Positions 38,830-47,191 of a stretch of DNA of 64,000 nt are shown in pieces. Source of the DNA: Vicinamibacterales bacterium (GTDB taxonomy: Bacteria > Acidobacteriota > Vicinamibacteria > Vicinamibacterales > UBA2999). The notes below the pieces were generated by a model, which did no database searches, was not told the origin of the DNA, and saw only the letters and a program-made list of their open reading frames with translations. Position 1 is the stretch's first letter. Every line of letters begins with the position of its first letter. Location of the stretch: positions 537,634-601,633 of the forward strand of contig JBFWNR010000002.1 in NCBI GenBank assembly GCA_050250955.1. Direction: 5' to 3'. A program made the position numbers and the translations under genes.

Positions 38830-41079
38830 ATGGCTCCCGACCGGCCCCTGGTCACTCTCCGTCTGCCGTTCGCGCTGCGGACCCGCCGGGGCGGCGATGC
38901 GACGGCGTCGCCGGACACCGGCCAGGCGGCGCCGGAAGCCCCCGGGGCGGCGCCGCGCGGCGAGGGCCCGGCGGCCGTCTCCAGCGCCGTGGCGGATCGA
39001 CTGGCGGATGCCGCCGACAGCCCGTCGATCGCCCCGGCCCACGCGCCGCCCGCGCCGGCGCCGACGCCCGAGGCCACCGGCGTCGACGACGCGGCCTCGA
39101 CGCTGGTGTGGCTGGCCTTCACCTCGACACTGTCGGCGCGGGCGACGACGCTCGAAGACGCCGCCCTCGCCGCGCTCGAGGGGCGGCTGGATCCGGCCCC
39201 GCGCCGGCGCGCGGCCCGTGACACGCACAAGCTGGCCACCTCGTTGTGGCTGGTCGGGGCCCGCGATGCGGCGCGCCAGGCGTGGGAGGCCGCCGGTCTG
39301 CTCGACGCCGGCACGCTGCTCGGCACCGCCAACGCCCTGCGGCTGTCGCAGATTGTCGAAGGGCTCCACGGCGCGTTGCGGTCGTTGCCGCCCCCCGAGG
39401 CGCTGTCGGTGGCTGGACGGGCCCACGCGCCGCTGCTGCTGGTCGTCGACGACGACGAGGCGCTGACCCGCGAACTGCCGATCGAAGCCGCGGTCCGCGG
39501 CTGGCGGGCCCGCGTCGTCCGCCACCTGTTCGCGCCGATCGAGGACGCGCCGGCGGTCATCGTCCTCGGCCCCGACTGCCTGGGCGACACCGACGCGGCG
39601 GCGCGGGCGCGGCTGCTCGCCGCGTTCCCCGCCGCTGCCCTCGTCGCCCTGGTGCCCGGCTCGTCGATCGGCGAACGCACCGCCGCCCACGCGGTGGCGG
39701 CCGAACGGACCTTGTGCAAGCCGATGGCACCGGCCGCCCTGGTCGACGAGGCCGCCGACCTGCTGCGGCGACGCCAGGCCGCGCCGGGCCCGCTGCTGGT
39801 CGGCGTCGGCGATCCGGTGCTGCGCGCGGCCGTGCGTGCCCAGCTGGCCGGCCTCGGCCCGCTCGTCGACGTCGCGCCGACCTCCGAGGCGCTGTGGTCG
39901 GCGGTCACCCAGCTGCGTCCGGAGCTGTGCGTGTTCGACGACCGCGCCGCCGGCGGCGCGGCGTTCCACACAGTCCGGGCGATGCGCCGCGACGGCGACA
40001 CCGCGCACAGCGCCGTCGTGCTGGTGTCGAGCGACGACGACCCGGCGACCGCGACCCGCGCGGCCGCCGCCGGTGTCGACGACGTCGTGCCGGCCGGCGT
40101 GGCCGCCGCGGCGCTGGCCACCGTGGCCCGCAACCGCCTCGAGCGCGGCCGCGCCCTGCGTCAGGCCGGGGACCTCGATCCGGCGACCCGCCTGCCGCAG
40201 CTGCGCGCCGCGCTGCCGACCGCCGAACGGATGATCGGCATCGCCCGCCGGTATCACCACGCCCTGGCCGTGCTGGTCGCCGAGGTGGACCACCTGCGGG
40301 CGATCGCCGCTGCCCACGACGACGACACCGCGGAGCGGCTCGCCGCGCTCCTCGGCCGCCGGCTGGGCCGCGCATTCCGCAACGAGGACGTCGTCGCCCA
40401 CGTCGCCCCGGGCCGGTTCCTCGTCGTGGCGTTCGGCATGAAGGCCGACGACGGCGTCCAGCGGATGGCCGAACTGCTCGAGGGCTTCCGCGACCAGGCC
40501 GTCGAGGGTCCGGAGCGCGAGCCGGTCAGGGCGTCCTTCAGCGCCGGCATCGCCCAGCTGCGCGCCGACGGCGCCGATGCCGCCGCGCTGCTGCGCGCCG
40601 CGGAGACCGCGCTGGCCACCGCGCAGCGGCTCGGCGGCGACCGGGTCGAGGCGGCCAGCCATCCCGAAGCCGTGCGCGTCGACTGGAGCGCCGACGCCAT
40701 CATCGTCGACGCCGACGCGCCGTTTGCCGCTCTGGTCGGGCACGCGCTCGAGACCCGTGGCCACCGCGTGCGCACCATCGGCGACGGCCGCGAGGCCCTC
40801 GACGCGCTCACCCATCCGGACGCGCCGGTACGGGCCCGGCTGCTCATCCTCGAACTCGGCCTGCCCGGGCTCGACGGGCTGACCCTGCTGCGGCAGCTGG
40901 CCGAAGCCGGGGTGCTCAAGCTGTCGAAGGTGGTGGTCGTGACGACGCGGTCGGTCGAAGCCGAGATGATCAAGGCGATGGAGCTCGGCGCCGTCGACTA
41001 CATCACCAAGCCGGTCAGCCTGCCGGTCCTGATGCGGCGGCTGCGCTCGGCGCTCACCGGAGCCCCCGGTGTCGGCTGA
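38830..41079 (+). CDS. Multi-domain signalling protein: HPt-like + two atypical receiver-like domains + degenerate GGDEF (I-site retained) + C-terminal receiver with Glu at the acceptor position
   Basis: 749 aa. HPt-like RDTHKLATSLWLVGARDA. REC-like LLLVVDDDEA... and ...ELCVFDD.... GGDEF fold with DPATRLPQL...RNEDVVAHVAPGRFLVVAF, where APGRF replaces GGDEF and RNED is an RxxD five residues upstream. Final REC has IIVDAD...LLILELGLPGLDG...VVVVTT...YITKP. Confidence 0.8.
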   Translation: MAPDRPLVTLRLPFALRTRRGGDATASPDTGQAAPEAPGAAPRGEGPAAVSSAVADRLADAADSPSIAPAHAPPAPAPTPEATGVDDAASTLVWLAFTSTLSARATTLEDAALAALEGRLDPAPRRRAARDTHKLATSLWLVGARDAARQAWEAAGLLDAGTLLGTANALRLSQIVEGLHGALRSLPPPEALSVAGRAHAPLLLVVDDDEALTRELPIEAAVRGWRARVVRHLFAPIEDAPAVIVLGPDCLGDTDAAARARLLAAFPAAALVALVPGSSIGERTAAHAVAAERTLCKPMAPAALVDEAADLLRRRQAAPGPLLVGVGDPVLRAAVRAQLAGLGPLVDVAPTSEALWSAVTQLRPELCVFDDRAAGGAAFHTVRAMRRDGDTAHSAVVLVSSDDDPATATRAAAAGVDDVVPAGVAAAALATVARNRLERGRALRQAGDLDPATRLPQLRAALPTAERMIGIARRYHHALAVLVAEVDHLRAIAAAHDDDTAERLAALLGRRLGRAFRNEDVVAHVAPGRFLVVAFGMKADDGVQRMAELLEGFRDQAVEGPEREPVRASFSAGIAQLRADGADAAALLRAAETALATAQRLGGDRVEAASHPEAVRVDWSADAIIVDADAPFAALVGHALETRGHRVRTIGDGREALDALTHPDAPVRARLLILELGLPGLDGLTLLRQLAEAGVLKLSKVVVVTTRSVEAEMIKAMELGAVDYITKPVSLPVLMRRLRSALTGAPGVG

Positions 41080-42115
41080 CGCGCTGGTCCGGATGGTGCT
41101 CTTCGCCGAGACGCTGGCGCTCGGCGTGGGCGTGGCGCTGCTGGCGGCGCATGCGGGCTGGTGGTGGTGGTACGGCCAGTGGAGCACCGGCCGCCTCGAC
41201 GCGGTCCGCCGCGCACTGCGCGAGGCCCTCGCCGAGGGCGAACGGACGCCGGCCTTCACCCGCGATTTCGTCCGCCTGCCGATGCGCCTGCAGATCTACC
41301 TGCTGGCCGAACTGGCCCCGCACCTCTCCGGGGCCGAGCGGCAGGCGTTGCGCCGGCTGGCGATGCGGGCCGGTCTGCTGCCCAAGGCCGAGCGGCTGTG
41401 CCGCAGCTGGTTCTGGTCGCGGCGGCTGTTCGGCGCCAAGATCTGCACGCTGGTCGGTCACCCGGCGCCGGTGGTGCGTGGCCTGCTCGCCGATCGACAT
41501 CCGAGCGTCCGCGCCCAGGCGATCGAGTGGGCGATCCACGACCTGGACGACGCGCTCGTCGACCGGCTGCTGGGGCTGCTGAGCGACCCCGACGGCCGCT
41601 GCCGGTTCGCCGCGCAGGACTCGCTGGTGCGGGTCGGGCATGGCGCCATCGAGCCGCTGATCCGCCATCTCGACACGGCCGGGCACGACGGGATTCTCGG
41701 CGGACTCGAGGTGGCGCTGACGATGGCCGACGCGCGGCTGCTCGCCCCGGCGATGGCGCTGGCGGCCGCGCCCGCCCCCGCGGTCCGGGCGCGGGCGATC
41801 GCCCTGCTCGGGGCGCTGGGCAGCGAAGCGGGAGTGGCGGTGGTGGTCACCGCCCTCGACGACGCCGATCCCGCCGTCCGCCTCGCGGCCCTGCGCTCAC
41901 TCGCCGGGCTCGGCCACTGGCCGGCGGCGCCGATGGTCGCCGCCCGGCTGACCGACCAGGCCTGGGACGTCAGGCGCCAGGCGGCCCTGACGCTGCGCGC
42001 CTTCGGTCCACCCGGGCTCATCTTCCTGCGCCGGCTGCGCACCGCCGACGATCCGGCCGCCGCGGCGGTGGCGCGCTACGCCCTCGACCTGGCCGCGGCG
42101 GGAGTGGCGTCGTGA
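41069..42115 (+). CDS. HEAT-repeat protein with N-terminal TM segment
   Basis: 348 aa, with GTG 41069 overlapping the upstream stop (alternative ATG 41090). Repeated motifs HPSVRAQAIEWA, DPDGRCRFAAQDSLVRVG, DDADPAVRLAALRSLAGLG and DQAWDVRRQAALTLRAFG. Confidence 0.75.
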   Translation: MSADALVRMVLFAETLALGVGVALLAAHAGWWWWYGQWSTGRLDAVRRALREALAEGERTPAFTRDFVRLPMRLQIYLLAELAPHLSGAERQALRRLAMRAGLLPKAERLCRSWFWSRRLFGAKICTLVGHPAPVVRGLLADRHPSVRAQAIEWAIHDLDDALVDRLLGLLSDPDGRCRFAAQDSLVRVGHGAIEPLIRHLDTAGHDGILGGLEVALTMADARLLAPAMALAAAPAPAVRARAIALLGALGSEAGVAVVVTALDDADPAVRLAALRSLAGLGHWPAAPMVAARLTDQAWDVRRQAALTLRAFGPPGLIFLRRLRTADDPAAAAVARYALDLAAAGVAS

Positions 42116-43566
42116 GCCCGGCGCTGGCCACCTGGATCGAAGCCGTCGCCCGGCCGGTCGACACCGCCGTGCTCGTCTACTTCTGCCTGCTCAACCTCTG
42201 CTACCTGGTGCTGCTGGTCGCCGCGGTGGCCGAGATGCGCCGGACGCGCAACGAGGCGGTGGGCATCAGCGACCACATCGTCGTCGGGTCGCGGCTGGCC
42301 CCGACGATCAGCATCCTCGCCCCGGCCTACAACGAGGAAGCGACCATCGCCGCCAGCGTCCAGTCGCTGCTGACGCTCGACTACCCCAACCTCGAGGTGG
42401 TGGTCGTCGCCGACGGCTGCAAGGACGACACCATCGGGGTGCTGCGCCGCGAGTTCGCGCTGGTCGAGGTCTACCGGGCCTACGCGCCGCGGGTGGCGAC
42501 CAAGGGCGTCGTCGCGCTGTACCGGTCGCTGCGCCACGCCAACCTGCTGGTCGTCGACAAGTTGAACGGCGGCAAGGCCGACGCACTCAACGTCGGTCTC
42601 AACCTGGCCAGCGGCGAACTGGTCTGCGCCATCGACGCCGACACGCTGATCGAGCGCGGGGCGCTGGTGCGCCTGATGCGGCCGATGCTCGTCGACCCGG
42701 GCGTGGTGGCCACCGGCGGCACCATCCGGCCGGTGAACGCGGTGGTCACCCGGCACGGCAGCGTCGTCGACGTCAACGTGCCGCGCCACTGGCTCGCCGG
42801 CATCCAGGTGGTCGAGTACCTGCGCGCGTTCCTGCTCGGCCGCCTCGGCCTGAACCGTCTCGGCGGCAACCTGATCATCTCGGGCGCCTTCGGGCTGTTC
42901 CGCCGCGAGCCGATGATCGCCGCCGGCGGCTGGCTGCACGACACGGTCGGCGAGGACATGGAGCTGGTGGTGCGGCTGCGTCGGCTGGGCTACGAACGCG
43001 GCACCGCGCGTGATGTCGTCTTCGTCCCCGATCCGACGGCGTGGACCGAAGTGCCCGAGTCGGTGGCGGTGCTGGGGCGCCAGCGCGACCGGTGGCATCG
43101 CGGCCTGACCGACACGCTGTGGCGCCATCGACGCCTCATCGGCAATCCGCGCTACGGGGCGATGGGCCTGGTCGTGTTCCCCTACTTCGTCGTCGTCGAG
43201 CTGCTGGCGCCGGTGGTCGAGGCGCTCGGGCTGTTCATGCTGGCGGCGACGCTGGCCGTCGGGCTGGTCGACCGCACGTTCGCGATCCTGTTCTTCGCCC
43301 TGGCGGTCGGCATCGGGCTGGTGCTGAGCGTCGCCACGCTGCTGCTCGATCAGGCCTCGTTCCTGCGCTATCGCAAGCCGGCCGACCTCGCCTGGCTGCT
43401 CGCCTGGGCCGTCGTCGAGAACCTCGGCTACCGCCAGCTCACCGTCTACTGGCGCCTGCGCGGGCTGGTCAAGTACCTGCGCGGCCGTTCCGACTGGGGC
43501 GCGATGACCCGCAAGGGCTTTGCGACCACGCCGGCGTCGGCGCCGCGGCCGACCGCCAGCCGCTGA
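42112..43566 (+). CDS. Processive family-2 glycosyltransferase (PgaC/IcaA/cellulose-synthase-like)
   Basis: GTG 42112 overlaps the HEAT gene stop (GTGA). ISILAPAYNEEATI, VVVADGCKDDT, NGGKADALN, CAIDADT, GEDMEL and the QRDRW (QxxRW) motif. TM helices lie on both sides of the catalytic domain. Confidence 0.9.
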   Translation: MSPALATWIEAVARPVDTAVLVYFCLLNLCYLVLLVAAVAEMRRTRNEAVGISDHIVVGSRLAPTISILAPAYNEEATIAASVQSLLTLDYPNLEVVVVADGCKDDTIGVLRREFALVEVYRAYAPRVATKGVVALYRSLRHANLLVVDKLNGGKADALNVGLNLASGELVCAIDADTLIERGALVRLMRPMLVDPGVVATGGTIRPVNAVVTRHGSVVDVNVPRHWLAGIQVVEYLRAFLLGRLGLNRLGGNLIISGAFGLFRREPMIAAGGWLHDTVGEDMELVVRLRRLGYERGTARDVVFVPDPTAWTEVPESVAVLGRQRDRWHRGLTDTLWRHRRLIGNPRYGAMGLVVFPYFVVVELLAPVVEALGLFMLAATLAVGLVDRTFAILFFALAVGIGLVLSVATLLLDQASFLRYRKPADLAWLLAWAVVENLGYRQLTVYWRLRGLVKYLRGRSDWGAMTRKGFATTPASAPRPTASR

Positions 43567-43569
43567 CGC

Positions 43570-44310
43570 TCAGAACAGCGACTGGCCGACGGTGCGCAGC
43601 CACCGCCGCGCCTCGAGGTAGCGCGGGCACGCGGCGGCGACGTGCCGCCAGAAGCGCGGCGAGTGGTTCAGCTCGCGGCGGTGCATCAGCTCGTGCACGA
43701 GCACGTACTCGCGCACGTCGGGCGGCACCTGCACCAGCCGCCAGTTGAGGGCGATGGCGCCGCGGCGCGAGCACGAGCCCCAGCGCGACTGCTGGTTGCG
43801 GACGCTGGTCCGCGTCACCGTCACGCCGTGCTGCGCGGCCAGCGCCAGCAGGGCCGGCGGCAGCTCGCGGACGGCGCGGCGGCGCAGCCACCGTTCGGCC
43901 ACGGGCCGCAGGTCGCCGTCGGGCGGCGCCGGCCCCAGCGCGTCGTCGCCGCAGCGGACGGTGAGCACGCCGCCGGCGTCGGCGACGGCGAGCCGCCGCG
44001 GCACGCCGTCGACCAGCACGTCGCGGCCGGCCGGCCAGCGGCGGTCGGCGAGGGCCGTCTGCCGGAGCAGCCGCTGCCGGGCGATCCAGGCGGCCTGCGC
44101 CGCGACGAAGGTCCGCGCCTCGCGCTGGCTGCCCCACCACGGCACGGTCACCCGCAGCGATCCGTCGTCGGCGACGCGGAGGATGTAGCGCCGGGTGCCG
44201 CGGCGGCGCACGAATCGGATCACCGGCGGCGCGGCGGCGACCGCGTGGTCGTCCGGCCCGACCCCGGCGGTGCCGGTCAGCGGCAGGGCGAGTTGCCGGC
44301 GGCCGCTCAT
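43570..44310 (-). CDS. YgjP-like (DUF45/M48-type) metal-dependent hydrolase
   Basis: In-frame ATG 44310 (ATGA overlap with the upstream stop). Contains VLVHELMHRRELNHSPRFW (HExxH...H). Confidence 0.85.
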   Translation of the reverse strand: MSGRRQLALPLTGTAGVGPDDHAVAAAPPVIRFVRRRGTRRYILRVADDGSLRVTVPWWGSQREARTFVAAQAAWIARQRLLRQTALADRRWPAGRDVLVDGVPRRLAVADAGGVLTVRCGDDALGPAPPDGDLRPVAERWLRRRAVRELPPALLALAAQHGVTVTRTSVRNQQSRWGSCSRRGAIALNWRLVQVPPDVREYVLVHELMHRRELNHSPRFWRHVAAACPRYLEARRWLRTVGQSLF

Positions 44311-44885
44311 GGGACGACCCGGGTCCATCCGACGATCAGCATGTGGGCGTTGACGCCGGGGTTGCGGGCGACGCGGTTGCCGTTGGAGATGTGGTGCAGA
44401 CGGTAGCCGACGATGACGCCGGAGCGGCCGCCCAGCCAGCGCACGCCGGCACCGGCGTGCGTCGTGAAGTTGGTGGCGGTCGTGCCGGCCGGCACCGCCG
44501 CGGTGGTCCACAACGCGCCGCCGCCGACCTCGGCGAACGGATGCCAACGGCCGCGGGCGGCGAGGTTCCAGCGCCAGCCGAGCGGGACGATGCCGCCGCC
44601 GCGAGCGTCACTCTCGGCCCACTCGGCGAAGTACGGCACCGCCTCGATCACCCACTCGAAGCGCCCGCGCATCCAGCGCGGCCCGCGCTCGTCGGTGAGG
44701 ACCCGCCCCCAGGCCACGCTCGGCATCACGTAGCGCTGCCCGCCTCGCGACTGCAGCACGGTGACACCGCGGGCCACGGCGGCGACGAGATTCCACTCGT
44801 CGGCACCGCGGGCCAGCGCCGCCGGCGGCGGCTGCGCGACGGCCGGCGCGCCACCGGCCGCGACGACGACGAGCGCCAGCGCCAT
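44307..44885 (-). CDS. Acyloxyacyl hydrolase (PagL-like lipid A deacylase family)
   Basis: ATG 44885 gives the signal peptide MALALVVVAAGGAPAVAQ. C-terminal GYRLHHISNGN (H-x-S-N-G catalytic motif). Beta-barrel-like alternating pattern. Confidence 0.75.
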   Translation of the reverse strand: MALALVVVAAGGAPAVAQPPPAALARGADEWNLVAAVARGVTVLQSRGGQRYVMPSVAWGRVLTDERGPRWMRGRFEWVIEAVPYFAEWAESDARGGGIVPLGWRWNLAARGRWHPFAEVGGGALWTTAAVPAGTTATNFTTHAGAGVRWLGGRSGVIVGYRLHHISNGNRVARNPGVNAHMLIVGWTRVVP

Positions 44886-44910
44886 CCGCCGCCACGCGTA
44901 CAATGCCGGA

Positions 44911-45270
44911 GTGTCCGCCTTCGTCCCGCTGACGTCCGACGCCGACGTCGACCGCCTGCTGGCCGCGTCCCACGACGCTCCGGTCATCGTGTTCAAGCAT
45001 AGCGAATCGTGCGGCGCGAGCTGGATGGCCGAAGCGTCGCTGGCCGGCCAGCGCCTGCCGGTGCCCGTACATCAGGTGGTCGTCCAGCGGCATCGGCAGA
45101 CCTCGGCGCTCATCGCCGAGCGGCTCGGGATCCGTCACGAGTCGCCGCAGGTGATCATCCTGGCCGGCGGACGGGCGGCGTGGCACACCTCGCACGCCGG
45201 GGTCACCCGCGAACGCGTCCTCGACGCCTGGCAGCGGCTGGCGCTGCCGCCAGCGACGGTCAGCGCCTGA
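44911..45270 (+). CDS. YtxJ-like thioredoxin-fold protein (monothiol, DUF2847 type)
   Basis: In-frame GTG 44911. PVIVFKHSESCGAS...IRHESPQVIIL matches the YtxJ pattern (KHSxxCxxS...HESPQ). Confidence 0.75.
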   Translation: MSAFVPLTSDADVDRLLAASHDAPVIVFKHSESCGASWMAEASLAGQRLPVPVHQVVVQRHRQTSALIAERLGIRHESPQVIILAGGRAAWHTSHAGVTRERVLDAWQRLALPPATVSA

Positions 45271-46105
45271 TCGCGACGATCGACGCCACGTCGCGATCGT
45301 CCACGACGCCCTCGCGGGCGCGCCGGATCTCGAGCGGCGCGACCAGGACCGGCAGTTCGCCGGGCTGCAGCAGGAAGGCGGGATTGGTCGGACGGCCGCG
45401 CGCCGCCTGTGCGGTCGTGAACGTCTCGTAGATCAGCAGGCCTCCCGGCGCCACCGCCGCGACCAGCGCCGGCATCAGCGGCCGGTGCAGGTAGTGCGTC
45501 ACCAGCACCAGATCGTAGGCCCCGGGTTCGAGCACGACGCCGGGCCGTTCGAGGTCGTCGACCCGCGCCGTCACCGGGTGGCCCATCGCCCGTGCGATCC
45601 GCTCGAGGCGCGTCATCGCCGCCTGGTCGCGATCGACCGCGGTGACGGCGAACCCGGCCGCGGCGAACAGCAGCGCGTGGCGCCCGCGGCCGGCGGCGAC
45701 GTCGAGCATGCGCATCCCCGGACGCAACAGGTCGGCGTTGTCGAGCAGCCAGCGGCTGGGACCTTCGGCCGGCGCGGGGCCGAAGTCGCGCGGGCCGGAC
45801 CAGGTCGCCAGCCCGCCGCGCAGTTCGAGGACCGCGGCCGCGCCGGCCGACGCCAGCACCTCGGCGGCGAGCCGGCTGCGGACGCCGTGCTCGCAGTAGA
45901 CGAGCAGGGGCCGATCGTCGGGGAGCACCGCCGGGCCGGCGGCGACGACGTCCACCGGCACCAGCCGGGCGCCGGGAATGTGACCCAGCCCGGCGTACTC
46001 CTGCGGAGTGCGGACATCGACCACCGTGACCGCGCCGGCGGCGACGAGACGGGCCGCCTCGGCGTGGTCGACGACCCGCGGCGGCGGCGACGGCTCGCGG
46101 CTCAT
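45260..46105 (-). CDS. Rhodanese domain fused to a class I SAM methyltransferase (TehB-like)
   Basis: 281 aa. The rhodanese part has VVDVRTPQEYAGLGHIPGA...LLVYCEHGVRS (active-site Cys loop). The methyltransferase part has MLDVAAGRGRHALLFAAAGFAVTAVDRD...YDLVLVTHYLHRPL...GGLLIYETF. Confidence 0.8.
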   Translation of the reverse strand: MSREPSPPPRVVDHAEAARLVAAGAVTVVDVRTPQEYAGLGHIPGARLVPVDVVAAGPAVLPDDRPLLVYCEHGVRSRLAAEVLASAGAAAVLELRGGLATWSGPRDFGPAPAEGPSRWLLDNADLLRPGMRMLDVAAGRGRHALLFAAAGFAVTAVDRDQAAMTRLERIARAMGHPVTARVDDLERPGVVLEPGAYDLVLVTHYLHRPLMPALVAAVAPGGLLIYETFTTAQAARGRPTNPAFLLQPGELPVLVAPLEIRRAREGVVDDRDVASIVAIRR

Positions 46106-46109
46106 CCGG

Positions 46110-46514
46110 TCACGACGCGACCCGTTCGGCGAAGGTCAGCAGGTGGCCGTCGGGGTCGTAGATGGCGAATTCCCGCATCCCGTAGAACTGGGTCCGCAGC
46201 GACATGGCCAGCGGGGCGTGCGGCGTCAACTGGGCGTGCAGGGCGTCGACCCCGTCGACCGCGATGAACAGCGTGGCGGTGCCGCCGAACTGCGGGGACG
46301 CCAGGCTCGGGATGTCCCTGGCCACCGCCGCCGCGTCGTTCAGGAACACGGTGACGTCGCCGCGCTCCAGCCAGACGAACTCGAACGGCGCCGCGTCGGG
46401 AACGGTCATCTTGACGGTGAAGCCCAGCACGTCGCAGTAGAAGCGGCGGCTGCGTTCGATGTCGGCGACGATGAGGTTGGGGGTGACGCCCTTGAAGGCG
46501 ACCGACGTGGTCAT
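46110..46514 (-). CDS. VOC family protein (glyoxalase/bleomycin-resistance fold)
   Basis: In-frame ATG 46514. MTTSVAFKGVTPNLIVADIERSRRFYCDVLGF...MREFAIYDPDGHLLTFAE. The stop lies 5 nt before the rhodanese-MTase start. Confidence 0.85.
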   Translation of the reverse strand: MTTSVAFKGVTPNLIVADIERSRRFYCDVLGFTVKMTVPDAAPFEFVWLERGDVTVFLNDAAAVARDIPSLASPQFGGTATLFIAVDGVDALHAQLTPHAPLAMSLRTQFYGMREFAIYDPDGHLLTFAERVAS

Positions 46515-46702
46515 GTTCAGCTCCCCGGCGGGACACGGCCGACGACGAAGGTCGCGCCGCGCACACGCCTGGCGTGTGCTCGCGCCACCTCCATCCGCGT
46601 CGGGGCGAGCACCCGGCACGAGTAGGCCCCCTGGTTGACGACCGCGGGCGGGAGCCGCGAGGAACGTCTCAGTGTAGCCACCCGCCCGGTGGCCTGCAAC
46701 GG

Positions 46703-46713
46703 CCTGCTATGCT
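46703..46713 (+). promoter_or_regulatory. Extended -10-like element CCTGCTATGCT; would give a leaderless transcript for the 46720 ORF
   Basis: TGcTATGCT ends 6 nt before ATG 46720. An identical 11-mer recurs at 47025-47035. Confidence 0.35.
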
Positions 46714-46719
46714 GGCGCG

Positions 46720-46983
46720 ATGGCCCGAGGCTGGGAGAGCAAGGCCGTCGAAGCACAGCAGGACGAGGCCGGCCGCGCGCGGACCGCCGCGCCGCCACTG
46801 AGTGCCGCCGAACGTGATCGGCGCCAGGCCGCCGAAGGGTTGCGGCTGGCGCTGGCCGACGCCACGGCCCAGCTGCAGGCCGCGTGCCGCCCCGTGCACC
46901 GCGACATGCTGCGCCAGCGCATCGCCGCCCTGGAAGCCAGCCTGGCGGCCCTCGACACCGGGGGGACCGGCGACCCGCGGTAG
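46720..46983 (+). CDS. Hypothetical small protein (87 aa, helical/coiled-coil-like)
   Basis: MARGWESKAVEAQQDEAGRAR...RDMLRQRIAALEASLAALD. ATG start. Coding-like codon usage. No family recognised with certainty. Confidence 0.5.
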   Translation: MARGWESKAVEAQQDEAGRARTAAPPLSAAERDRRQAAEGLRLALADATAQLQAACRPVHRDMLRQRIAALEASLAALDTGGTGDPR

Positions 46984-47006
46984 CCGGCCCGACCCTGGCC
47001 GTCGGA

Positions 47007-47035
47007 TTGCAGACGCAGGGCCTTCCTGCTATGCT
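47007..47035 (+). promoter_or_regulatory. Sigma70-type promoter TTGCAG-N17-TATGCT for the RNA-binding protein gene
   Basis: -35 TTGCAG at 47007-47012, a 17-nt spacer, and -10 TATGCT at 47030-47035 preceded by TGc. Predicts a 5' UTR of about 150 nt. Confidence 0.45.
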
Positions 47036-47191
47036 CCGCCCGAGGATTGCGTACCATTTCGATCCCGCTCCGCGTCACCATCGTTCCGACGCATCCCCTG
47101 AACATTCCCCGGCATCCACCTGTTCAGCGCGAGGGAGCGATTCCGCCCGTCCACCCCTGAGTCGATCACCGGACCCCGAGAGAGTCACGCC

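Noticed and set aside
38794-41259. 821-aa minus-strand ORF and the 778-aa plus-strand alternative frame (39246..41582) over the response-regulator gene
   Set aside because: Only the 38830..41079 frame yields receiver and GGDEF signatures. The others are Arg/Pro-rich junk.
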